Positions 44,267 through 54,647 of a stretch of 64,000 nucleotides of DNA are shown piece by piece (positions within the stretch are counted from its first letter, which is position 1; each line of letters starts with the position of its first letter). The notes under the pieces were generated by a model. That model was not told the origin of the DNA and made no database searches. It worked only from the letters and a program-made list of their open reading frames with translations. Origin of the DNA: an uncultured delta proteobacterium (GTDB lineage Bacteria > Myxococcota_A > Polyangia > Polyangiales > Polyangiaceae); the NCBI GenBank assembly GCA_963806225.1, contig CAWDXG010000004.1, positions 1,216,001 to 1,280,000 on the forward strand, written 5' to 3'. The translations under genes were made by a program, and so were the position numbers.

Positions 44267-46120
44267 ATGTCGAAGAGAGCGTTGTCCGGGTCGGGGAGGT
44301 CGCGCTGCATGCGCGCAACAGCGTCATCGTTCGGCAACGCAGCGCTGGCCGCGCTGCTCGGTCTGGGCGTGTGGTCGGGATGTGGCTCCTCCGGCAACAA
44401 CTCGCCGGGCACAGGCGGAACGGGCGGCGGCCAGGCCGACGCGAGCGCCGGGGCCGCCGGAACGTCGGGCTCGGGCGGCAGTGCGGGCTCGGGCGGCAGT
44501 GCGGGCTCGGGCGGCAGTGCGGGCTCGGGCGGCAGTGCGGGCTCGGGCGGCAGTGCGGGCTCGGGCGGCAGTGCGGGCTCGGGCGGCAGTGCGGGCTCGG
44601 GCGGCAGTGCGGGCTCGGGCGGCAGTGCGGGCTCGGGCGGCAGTGCGGGCTCGGGCGGCAGCGGCGGGGCCGGCCCCGGTTCCGTGCTCGAGTACCACAA
44701 CTCGCCGACGCGCGATGGGCTGTACGTCGATGCGTTGATCACGAAGAACAAGGCGAAGACCACCCACATGGACACGACGTTCAAGGCCTCGCTAAGCGGT
44801 CCGACGTACGCCCAGCCCCTCTACTTTGCCGGCGGTCCCGGCGGGAAGGACCTGGTCATCGCGTCCACCGAGCAGAACGACGTCGTCGCGTTCGACGCCG
44901 CCGACGGCAGCGTGGTCTGGCAGAAGCACCTCGCCACGCCGGTGCCTCTCGGCAAACTGCCTTGCGGCAACATCAACCCGCTCGGCATCACCGGCGCAGG
45001 CGTCATCGATCCGGCGACGCGTCGCCTGTTCGTGGATGCGATGACGACCCCCGACGGCGGAACGACCAAGAAGCACATGGTGTACGCGCTGTCGATCGAC
45101 ACCGGGGCGATCGTCAGCGGTTGGCCGGTGGACATCTCGGCGAAGGTCAAGGACGGCAGCCGCACGTTCAACTCCAGCGTGCAGAACGAACGCGGCGCGC
45201 TCACCATCCTGAACGGCACCGTCTACATCCCGTACGGCGGGCACTACGGCGACTGCGGCACCTACTACGGTTGGCTGGTGGCCATCCCCATCAACAACCC
45301 GGCCGCACCCACAGGCTGGGCCACGCGCGCCCGGGGCGGTGGCATCTGGTCGCCGGTCGGAGTCTCGTCCGACGGCAGCTCGCTATTCGTGGCCACCGGC
45401 AACACCTTTGGCGCCAACACCTGGAGCGACGGCGAGGGCGTGCTCCGGCTCGGCGCCGGCCCGACCTATAGCCAGCAGGCCAAGGACTACTTCGCACCGT
45501 CGAACTGGAAGAGCCTGGACAACTCCGACACCGACATCGGCAGCTCCGGCGCCGTACTGGTCGACGTGCCGGGCGCCACGCCGTCCAAGCTCGCTGTCGC
45601 GATGGGCAAGAACGGCGTCGCCTATCTGCTCGACCGGAGCAACCTGGGTGGCATCGGCACGGGCAACGGTATCACCGGCGAAGGCGTGACGAGCGCGCGC
45701 GTGTCGAACGGCACGCTGATCCAGGGCGAAGTGGCCTACACGACGTCGCAGGGAACCTACGTCGTGTTCAACGGCAGCGCGCTCAACTGCCCCGCCTCCA
45801 ACGGCGATCTTGGAGCGCTGCGCATCAGCAAGACGTTGCCGCCGCAGATCAGCGTGGCGTGGTGCGCCAACCAGGGCGGCGGAGGCTCGCCCATCGTGAC
45901 GACCACCGACGGGCACGCCAACGCCGTGGTGTGGGGCCTCGGCGCGGGCAGCAGCGATCGCCTGCGGGCGTTCGACGGCGACACGGGCCAGGTGCTGTTC
46001 GACGGGACCGGCGCCCAGAACGCCATGCAGAACCTCCGCCGCTACCAGACGCCGATCGCCGCCAAGGGGCGTATCTTCGTCGCCGGGGACAACGCGTTGT
46101 ACGCGTTCACCACGCAGTAG
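44267..46120 (+). CDS. PQQ-like beta-propeller lipoprotein with Gly/Ser linker
   Basis: Lipobox WSG-C, (GSGGSA)10 linker, then YAQPLY, VAFDAADGSVVW, GGIWS. Confidence 0.75.
   Translation: MSKRALSGSGRSRCMRATASSFGNAALAALLGLGVWSGCGSSGNNSPGTGGTGGGQADASAGAAGTSGSGGSAGSGGSAGSGGSAGSGGSAGSGGSAGSGGSAGSGGSAGSGGSAGSGGSAGSGGSAGSGGSGGAGPGSVLEYHNSPTRDGLYVDALITKNKAKTTHMDTTFKASLSGPTYAQPLYFAGGPGGKDLVIASTEQNDVVAFDAADGSVVWQKHLATPVPLGKLPCGNINPLGITGAGVIDPATRRLFVDAMTTPDGGTTKKHMVYALSIDTGAIVSGWPVDISAKVKDGSRTFNSSVQNERGALTILNGTVYIPYGGHYGDCGTYYGWLVAIPINNPAAPTGWATRARGGGIWSPVGVSSDGSSLFVATGNTFGANTWSDGEGVLRLGAGPTYSQQAKDYFAPSNWKSLDNSDTDIGSSGAVLVDVPGATPSKLAVAMGKNGVAYLLDRSNLGGIGTGNGITGEGVTSARVSNGTLIQGEVAYTTSQGTYVVFNGSALNCPASNGDLGALRISKTLPPQISVAWCANQGGGGSPIVTTTDGHANAVVWGLGAGSSDRLRAFDGDTGQVLFDGTGAQNAMQNLRRYQTPIAAKGRIFVAGDNALYAFTTQ
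44467..44661 (+). repeat. Perfect tandem repeat: 10 copies plus a 15-bp partial of gggctcgggcggcagtgc
   Basis: Counted directly; encodes (GSGGSA)n. Confidence 0.95.
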
Positions 46121-46121
46121 G

Positions 46122-47966
<1,845 letters not shown>

Positions 47967-48085
47967 ACAGCCGCCAGGAACATCTAGGAACAGTTTGCTA
48001 CTGGAAGCTACACTCTGCAACGCTCTGGAACATCAGTGCTCGGACGAGGATCCGCAAGTACTTGGAATCGTTGAGGACACTACTT

Positions 48086-48101
48086 TGGCATGGGCTCTGC
48101 T
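48086..48101 (+). promoter_or_regulatory. Sigma54 (-24/-12) promoter of the sqr operon
   Basis: TGGCATGGGCTCTGCT, with exact GG-N10-GC spacing, 34 bp upstream of sqr and divergent from a sigma54 activator. Confidence 0.8.
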
Positions 48102-48135
48102 GTGTGTGGCGGTGACACCTCGAAGGAGGCACCCC

Positions 48136-49368
48136 GTGAAAAAGCTGCTCGTACTCGGCGGCGGTACCGCCGGCACCATGATGGTCAACAAGCTGGCCCG
48201 CCGCCTGTCGTCCGACACGTGGAAGATCACCGTCGTCGACAAGGACCCCATCCACTACTACCAGCCGGGCTTCCTGTTCATCCCGTTCGGCGTCTACACG
48301 CCCGACGAGGTCACGCGGCCCAAGTCGGAGTTCCTGCCGCTGGGCGTCGAGCTCGTGCAGAGCGGCATCGACGTCATCGAGCCCGACAAGAAGCGCGTGA
48401 AGCTCGCGACCGGGCAGTACCTCTCCTACGACATCCTGATCATCGCCACGGGCACGCAGGTGCGGCCCGACCAGATCGAGGGACTGACAGGCGAAGGCTG
48501 GCGGAAGAACATCTTCGACTTCTACACGCTGGAAGGCTCGACCGCGCTCGCCAAGGCCCTGCGCCACTGGGAAGGCGGACGCCTGGTACTGAACGTCGCC
48601 GAGATGCCGATCAAGTGCCCGGTCGCGCCGCTCGAGTTCCTGTTCCTGGCCGACTCGCACTTCCACGAGCTCGGCATCCGCGACAAGGTCGAGCTCGTCT
48701 ACGCGACCCCGCTCGACGGCGCATTCACCAAGCCGCGCGCCTCGGCACTCCTGGGCGAGCTGCTCGAGCGCAAGAACGTCCGCGTGGTGCCGAACTTCGA
48801 CCTGGGAGAGGTCGACGGCGCGAACAATCGCATCAAGAGCTACGACGGCAAGGAGCTCGACTACGACCTGTTCGTGTCCATCCCCACCAACATGGGCGAC
48901 GATGCGATGGAGCGTTCGGGCATGGGCGACGAGCTCAACTACGTGCCGACGCACAAGAACACGCTCAAGGCGCTCGACCACGAGGACATGTTCGTGATCG
49001 GCGATGCGACGAACCTGCCGGCTTCCAAGGCCGGCTCGGTAGCGCACTTCGAGGCCGAGGTGCTGACCGAGAACATCCTGCGCCAGATCGAGGGGCAGGA
49101 TCTCCTGCCCGCGTTCGACGGCCACGCGAACTGCTTCATCGAGTCGGGCTTCGGCAAGGGGCTGCTCATCGATTTCAACTACGAGACCGAGCCGCTGCCC
49201 GGCAAGTTCCCCCTGCCCGCCGTGGGGCCGTTCTCGCTGCTCGCCGAGAGCCGCATGAACCACTGGGGCAAGATGATGTTCCGCTGGGTGTACTTCAACC
49301 AGCTCATCCGCGGCGTCGAGCTGCCGCTCGAAGCGCAGATGCTGATGGCCGGGAAGCAGGCGGCGTGA
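48136..49368 (+). CDS. sqr: Sulfide:quinone oxidoreductase-like flavoprotein (type III/SqrC-like)
   Basis: AAGGAGG RBS then GTG. LVLGGGTAG, HYYQPGFLF, two catalytic-type Cys (IKCPVAP, FDGHANCFIESG), FVIGDATN, SKAGSVAH. Confidence 0.85.
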   Translation: MKKLLVLGGGTAGTMMVNKLARRLSSDTWKITVVDKDPIHYYQPGFLFIPFGVYTPDEVTRPKSEFLPLGVELVQSGIDVIEPDKKRVKLATGQYLSYDILIIATGTQVRPDQIEGLTGEGWRKNIFDFYTLEGSTALAKALRHWEGGRLVLNVAEMPIKCPVAPLEFLFLADSHFHELGIRDKVELVYATPLDGAFTKPRASALLGELLERKNVRVVPNFDLGEVDGANNRIKSYDGKELDYDLFVSIPTNMGDDAMERSGMGDELNYVPTHKNTLKALDHEDMFVIGDATNLPASKAGSVAHFEAEVLTENILRQIEGQDLLPAFDGHANCFIESGFGKGLLIDFNYETEPLPGKFPLPAVGPFSLLAESRMNHWGKMMFRWVYFNQLIRGVELPLEAQMLMAGKQAA

Positions 49369-50102
49369 TGGCAAACACAATCCAGCTCCAGCCCTCCCCT
49401 GCCCCGCGCGAGCCGGACCTCGCGCGGGAGCTCGCGAGGATGAACGAACGGCTCGACACCCTGAACCAGCGCGTCGAACACCTCTACAGGAAGGCGCTCG
49501 CCGCCGAGGAGCTCAAGGACGAGCTCGTCCCCGTGCTCAAGGACGCCATGGCGGCCATGAGCGACAAGCTCGGCGAGATGGAAACCGAGTTCAACTCCGA
49601 ACAGGTCCTCCACCTCTTGCGCAAGGTCCTCCGGAGCACCCCCAGATTCATCCGGGCACTGGAACAGCTCGAGAATCTGGAAAGCCTCGTGGACGAGCTT
49701 TCGCCGCTCGGCCGCGACATCGTCCGCAGCACGGTCGAGACGCTGCAGCACGCCGAGGACCGCGGTTGGTTCCGCATGTCCCAGGGCGCGATGGAACTGT
49801 TCGACCGCATCGCTGCAGGGACGACGCAGGAGGACCTGGACCGGCTGGGCGACAACATGATGCTGATCGTGAACACCGTGAAGCGCATGACCCAACCCCA
49901 GATGCTCGCGGTCGCGAACAATGCGCTCGGCGCGTTGGATGCAGAGCACGAAGCGCCGCCGAAGGTGAGCTTGTGGCGGCTGATGCGTTCGATGCGCGAC
50001 CCCGAAGTCCAGAGCGGGCTCGCCGTGATGCTGGAGCTCACGCGCCAGATCGCCCGCCGCCCCCAGATTCCGCCGAACGGCGACCAGAGGAAGGAGTTGT
50101 GA
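49368..50102 (+). CDS. DUF1641-domain helical protein
   Basis: TGATG coupling to sqr. Coiled-coil N-terminus and C-terminal PPKVSLWRLMRSMRDPEVQSGL. Confidence 0.8.
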   Translation: MANTIQLQPSPAPREPDLARELARMNERLDTLNQRVEHLYRKALAAEELKDELVPVLKDAMAAMSDKLGEMETEFNSEQVLHLLRKVLRSTPRFIRALEQLENLESLVDELSPLGRDIVRSTVETLQHAEDRGWFRMSQGAMELFDRIAAGTTQEDLDRLGDNMMLIVNTVKRMTQPQMLAVANNALGALDAEHEAPPKVSLWRLMRSMRDPEVQSGLAVMLELTRQIARRPQIPPNGDQRKEL

Positions 50103-50103
50103 G

Positions 50104-50418
50104 ATGACCGAGATCCAGATTTCCGGAAGGAACATCGCGGTGAACGCGGAGGGGTTCCTCGAGAGCCCGAACGACTGGTCTCCGGAGGTTGCCGAGTACC
50201 TGGCAAGTGCCGCCGGAATCCAGCTCACCGAGCAGCACTGGGACGTGATCCGCTTCTGCCGCAAGGACTACGAAGCGACCGGCAAGTCGCCGGGCGTTCG
50301 ACGCATCACGAAGATCGGCGGCGTGCCGACCAAAGCCATGTACGCGCTGTTCCCGGGCGGGCCGGGCAAGCTCAGCGCCAAGCTTGCCGGGCTCAGCAAG
50401 CCGGTGGGTTGCGTCTGA
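50104..50418 (+). CDS. TusE/DsrC-family sulfur carrier protein
   Basis: EGFLESPNDWS, LTEQHWDVIRF.R, YALFPGGPGK, AGLSKPVGCV. Confidence 0.9.
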   Translation: MTEIQISGRNIAVNAEGFLESPNDWSPEVAEYLASAAGIQLTEQHWDVIRFCRKDYEATGKSPGVRRITKIGGVPTKAMYALFPGGPGKLSAKLAGLSKPVGCV

Positions 50419-50438
50419 AAACGAAAGGACGACGAGAA

Positions 50439-50966
50439 ATGACCGCAACAGCACCCGTAGGAAACGTCGCAGCAGCGCCGGGGTTCATGCCGAGCGCGGA
50501 GCCCGAGCCCATCAAGAAGGTGTCGATCATCTGCTCCAAGGGTAGCCTCGACATGGCGTATCCGGGCCTGATCCTCGCCAACGCGGCGCGCATGTCGGGC
50601 ATCGAGGCCGTGTTGTTCTTCACCTTCTGGGGGCTCGACATCGTCACCGAGAAGAAGATCGATCACCTGCACGTGAGCCCGGTCGGCAATCCGAGCATGC
50701 CGATGCCGACGATGCTCGGCGGCCTACCCGGGATGGAGTCGATGGCCACGCACATGATGAAGAAGACCATCGACAAGCTCGACATCCCGCCGGTGCGCGA
50801 GATGATCGAAACGCTCGGCGACGCGGGCGCGGAGATGTACGCTTGCCGGCTCGCGGCGGACATGATGGGCCTGACGAAGGACGACTTCATGCCGCAGGTG
50901 CAGGACATCATCAGCGCCATGGACTTCTTCGACCACTCGAAGGGAGCCAACATCATCTTCATCTGA
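50439..50966 (+). CDS. DsrE/DsrF/DrsH-like (DsrE2-type) sulfurtransferase
   Basis: SIICSKGSLDMAYPGLILA, LFFTFWGLD, MYACRLAADMMGL. Confidence 0.88.
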   Translation: MTATAPVGNVAAAPGFMPSAEPEPIKKVSIICSKGSLDMAYPGLILANAARMSGIEAVLFFTFWGLDIVTEKKIDHLHVSPVGNPSMPMPTMLGGLPGMESMATHMMKKTIDKLDIPPVREMIETLGDAGAEMYACRLAADMMGLTKDDFMPQVQDIISAMDFFDHSKGANIIFI

Positions 50967-50994
50967 GCCCTGATCCCCGCTTCCCCCTCCCGAA

Positions 50995-51025
50995 GGCGCC
51001 CCGGAGCCGCTCGCTCCGGGGCGCC
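50995..51025 (+). terminator. Perfect 13-bp GC hairpin after the sulfur operon
   Basis: ggcgccccggagc-cgctc-gctccggggcgcc, with no U-tract. Confidence 0.5.
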
Positions 51026-51098
51026 GCTCCATGGAGTTCCAGCCTCGAGGCGTTGCCTGGAGCGACGCACCGGGGGAGACTTCCGGCGGGCTCCGGGA

Positions 51099-52949
51099 AT
51101 GCCGACCGCGCTGCTGATCGTCTCGTTGCTGGTCCAGCTCGCTGCCGCGTGGCAGGCGCTGCGCCTGGTCCGCATCACTGGGCGTCGCAGCGCCTGGGTG
51201 CTGATCGCGACAGCCGTCCTGCTGATGGCCATGCGGCGCTTCGTCACGCTCGTGGATGTCACCACCAGGCACGAGAAGCTCGATCCACTCGCGGAGCTGA
51301 TCGCACTGGGCATCTCGCTGCTGATGCTGGGCGGCATCTCGCTCATCGCGCCGCTGTTCCGATCGATCGAGAGCTCGCGACGCGAGCTGGCCGAGAGCGA
51401 GGAACGCTACGTGGCGCTGATTCGCGACTCGCCGGACGCCATCGTCGCCGTGGCAGAGGACGGCACCATCGAGAACTTCAACCCGGAAGCCACTCGAATC
51501 ACGGGGCTGGAGCTGGAGCAGGTCCAGGGCCGAACGCTGTCGCAAGCCGGGTTCCTCGCCAGCTATGAGCTCGAGCGTCTGGAGGCCGAGCTCGAGCGGG
51601 CGCACTCGACACGCCGCGCCGGTCCGGTCGAGCTGGAGGTCCTGCACCACGCGGGCGGCTCCGTACCGGTCGAAGCGAACCTGCAGCGCGTCGAAGGCCG
51701 GCACCGGCGGGTCAAGATCGTCCTGCGCGACATCAGCGCGAGGCGAAAAGCCGAGAAAGAGGCCGCGGCGCTGGAGCTCCAGCTGCAGGACGCGCGACGG
51801 CTCGAGGCGCTTGGACGGCTCGCCGGCGGTGTCGCGCACGACTTCAACAACCTGCTCACGGTCATCATCGGAACCTGCGAGCTCGTGCTGGGCAATGACC
51901 GGCTGCCCAACGCGATGCGGGCAGATCTGGAGGCGGCATGCGAGGCCGCAAAGCGCGCCGCCAACCTCACCAGACAGCTGCTTGCATTCAGCCGCCGCCA
52001 GGTGCTCCAGGCCGAGCAGGTCGATCTGAACGACGCCGTGAACGGGCTCCGGGACCTGCTTTCAAGGGTCATCGGCGAGCACATCCAGTTCGAGATCGAA
52101 TGCTCGGCCGAACATGGGTCGGTCTGGGTCGACCCTGCGCAGCTGGATCAGGTCGTGCTGAACCTGGTGACCAACGCACGTGATGCGATGCCCGAAGGAG
52201 GCTTTCTCGGCGTCAGAACCGACAACGTCGAGCTCGACGCCGAGACGGCGCAGAGCCGCGGGCTCCGGCAGGGTCGCTATGTCGCTCTCTCGGTCATCGA
52301 CAGCGGCCGGGGCATGGACGCCGAGACGCGCCGTCGCCTCTTCGAGCCGTTCTTCACCACCAAGAGCCTGGGCAAGGGAGCCGGGCTAGGCCTCGCCACC
52401 GTCTACGGGATCGTCAAGCAGAGCGCTGGCGACGTCGAGGTGGAGAGCGCGCCTGACCGGGGCACCACGCTGCGCGTGCTGCTTCCGTGGTGCGCGGGCG
52501 AAGAGAAGCCCGAGGAGCCGGCAGCAGCTGTCGAGAAGGCTTCCTCCGGGAACCCGGGCGTTGTGCTGCTGGTGGAAGACGAGCCTGCGGTCAGGGATGT
52601 GCTTCGACGTGGGTTGCTCTCGGCCGGGTTCCAGGTGCTCGTCGCGGGCAACGCCGACCAGGCGCTCCGGCAGTGCCGCAGCGCCGATGGAGAGATCGAC
52701 GCGATGGTCTCCGACGTCGTCATGCCGGGCCGGAGCGGACCGGAGCTGGCCCGGGAGGTGGGCGAACAATTCCCGCGAATCCGCATCCTGCTCATGTCGG
52801 GGCACGCGGCAGAGGTGCTGGCAAAGCACGAAGCCCCACCGTCTGCCACCATCCTGCAGAAGCCGTTCTCAGGGCGCCAGCTCGCCGACCGGCTTCGCGA
52901 GATGCTGCGGGACACGCCGCGCAAACCCCGGTCGCAGCCAGAACCCTGA
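51099..52949 (+). CDS. Membrane PAS hybrid histidine kinase/receiver
   Basis: 3 TM helices, [39 protein letters not shown], receiver LVEDE..SDVVMP..QKPF. Confidence 0.93.
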   Translation: MPTALLIVSLLVQLAAAWQALRLVRITGRRSAWVLIATAVLLMAMRRFVTLVDVTTRHEKLDPLAELIALGISLLMLGGISLIAPLFRSIESSRRELAESEERYVALIRDSPDAIVAVAEDGTIENFNPEATRITGLELEQVQGRTLSQAGFLASYELERLEAELERAHSTRRAGPVELEVLHHAGGSVPVEANLQRVEGRHRRVKIVLRDISARRKAEKEAAALELQLQDARRLEALGRLAGGVAHDFNNLLTVIIGTCELVLGNDRLPNAMRADLEAACEAAKRAANLTRQLLAFSRRQVLQAEQVDLNDAVNGLRDLLSRVIGEHIQFEIECSAEHGSVWVDPAQLDQVVLNLVTNARDAMPEGGFLGVRTDNVELDAETAQSRGLRQGRYVALSVIDSGRGMDAETRRRLFEPFFTTKSLGKGAGLGLATVYGIVKQSAGDVEVESAPDRGTTLRVLLPWCAGEEKPEEPAAAVEKASSGNPGVVLLVEDEPAVRDVLRRGLLSAGFQVLVAGNADQALRQCRSADGEIDAMVSDVVMPGRSGPELAREVGEQFPRIRILLMSGHAAEVLAKHEAPPSATILQKPFSGRQLADRLREMLRDTPRKPRSQPEP

Positions 52950-52950
52950 G

Positions 52951-53484
52951 CTAGTTGTAGCTGATGCCGAGCGTGAACAGGCTGGAAGCGTTCATCTTCC
53001 AGCCCGTGGTGACGAAGACGTAGTAGTCCTTGTTCGCTTCCACGGCGGCGTTGCCCTTGCCCTTTTCCCAGCATCCGATCTCGCTGAACGGATCGTCGCA
53101 GGCCTTCCAGATGTAAACCGCGGGGCCGAAGCTCGTGCTCTGGGCCTCCAGGGTCACGACGCCCGGCTTCGGAGCGACGAAGTGGTAGATCGCCGTCTGC
53201 TTGTCGTTCTGGTCGGACACGCAGCTCCCCGCGCCGATGGCGGGGTACGTGTACAGATCCCCGTGCGCGCTGGCAGACAGCGGCGAGCCGCTGAGCTCCA
53301 GAAGAGCGCCCGGGCACGCGGCCGCCGAGCTTGTGCCGCCTGCGCCGCCATTGCCCGCGCTCCCTCCGGCACCTCCCGCGGCGCCCTTGGCGGACACGAC
53401 CGTGGAGCTGGAGCATCCGGCGAGGATACCGGCTACCGCCAGCGGAAACAGAGCGAAGACAAACCTATCCCTGGTGCGAGCCAC
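52951..53484 (-). CDS. Small lipoprotein with beta-sandwich domain
   Basis: Lipobox LAG-C, Gly linker, Cys-containing beta-rich domain. Confidence 0.65.
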   Translation of the reverse strand: MARTRDRFVFALFPLAVAGILAGCSSSTVVSAKGAAGGAGGSAGNGGAGGTSSAAACPGALLELSGSPLSASAHGDLYTYPAIGAGSCVSDQNDKQTAIYHFVAPKPGVVTLEAQSTSFGPAVYIWKACDDPFSEIGCWEKGKGNAAVEANKDYYVFVTTGWKMNASSLFTLGISYN

Positions 53485-53553
53485 GGGGCTACTATCGCAC
53501 GGCGCCGATCGATAGTGCCACGGTGATCCGCTCCGTCCTGGCCCGACGCCGGA

Positions 53554-54561
53554 CTACTGGCACTGGCCGGCGACGCAGTTCTGACCCGAGTCGCAGGCGT
53601 ACCCGCAGCCGCCGCAGTTCTGCGCGTCGGTCTGCAGGTCCTTGCAGCCGCCGGGCGACTGGCAGCACGTCTCGCCGCTCTGGCAGGCGGCTTTGCCGTC
53701 GCAGGAGCAGATGTCGTTGCCTTTGTCCTTGATGCAGGCCTCGCCTGCCTGGCAGGCCGTGCCGCCGCAGGAGCACAGGCCCGTGCCCGTATCGCACGTC
53801 CCGTTGACGCCTCCGCCCTGGTCGCACTGGGCGGTGTCGGTGCAACCGCAGACGCCGGCGTTGCACGAGAAGCCGTTGCCCGCACCCTGCGCATTGCAGT
53901 CGTTCGAGCAACTGCCGCAGTTGCTGTTGTCCGTCGCGAGATTTGTCTCGCAGCCGTCGTCCGGACCGGACTTCGGTTGCGAGCAGTCGCCGTAGCCTGC
54001 ATCGCACACGTGGTCACAGGCGCCCGCGTTGCAGGTCGCCGACGAGGAGTGCTGGCTGCCGCAGGCGCGACCACAAGCGCCGCAGTCCGTCGTGGTGTCG
54101 AGCTTCTGCTCGCAGCCATCGGTGAGATCGGCGTTGCAGTCACCGTAGCCCGCATCGCAGGTGAGCAGCGCGCACGCGCCCTGGTAGCACTGCGACGTCG
54201 CGTTGGCGATGCTGCACGGCGCACACCCCGTCGCTCCGCAACCGTACTTCGGGTCGTTCTGCGAGACGCAGCCGCCGTTGCACATCTTCTGGTTGTTGGG
54301 GCAGCCCGGCGTCCCACCGCTACCCCCCGTCGCGCCCGTTCCCCCCGTCGCGCCCGTTCCCCCCGTCGCGCCGGTCCCCCCGATCGCGCCCAGGCCTCCG
54401 GTGCCGCTGCCGGCGCTGCCGCCCAGGCCTCCGGTCCCGGCGGTGCCGCCGGTCCCGGCATCCCGGTTCTGGTAGTCGAAAGCGCCGTAGTCGTGCGTGC
54501 AGCCCGCGACCAGAAGCGAACCCCCAAACAGAACCACCCCTGCGAGACGAGCCAGCGACAT
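53554..54561 (-). CDS. Cys-rich repeat lipoprotein
   Basis: Lipobox VAG-C, a GGTGAT linker (18-bp imperfect repeats at 54323-54390), and repeated DGCE...D..NCG.CG..C modules. Confidence 0.8.
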   Translation of the reverse strand: MSLARLAGVVLFGGSLLVAGCTHDYGAFDYQNRDAGTGGTAGTGGLGGSAGSGTGGLGAIGGTGATGGTGATGGTGATGGSGGTPGCPNNQKMCNGGCVSQNDPKYGCGATGCAPCSIANATSQCYQGACALLTCDAGYGDCNADLTDGCEQKLDTTTDCGACGRACGSQHSSSATCNAGACDHVCDAGYGDCSQPKSGPDDGCETNLATDNSNCGSCSNDCNAQGAGNGFSCNAGVCGCTDTAQCDQGGGVNGTCDTGTGLCSCGGTACQAGEACIKDKGNDICSCDGKAACQSGETCCQSPGGCKDLQTDAQNCGGCGYACDSGQNCVAGQCQ

Positions 54562-54647
54562 TATGCGTCACTATACACTGGCCGGCAGGAGGGAGGAAAC
54601 ACCCACGGGGACAGCGCCCGCACATCGGCCATGCTACGCACGGCGCT

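Noticed and set aside
44467..44661. CRISPR-like array
   Set aside because: The repeats are head-to-tail with no spacers, are in-frame coding, and no cas genes are present.
43516..44784. 422-aa minus-strand ORF with (PPEPAL)n repeats
   Set aside because: The repeat part is the antisense reading of the GSGGSA linker. Only 43516-44019 looks like a real gene.
50104..50966. Dissimilatory sulfite reduction or reverse-Dsr pathway
   Set aside because: There is no dsrAB or dsrMKJOP, and the DsrC-like protein lacks the second Cys.
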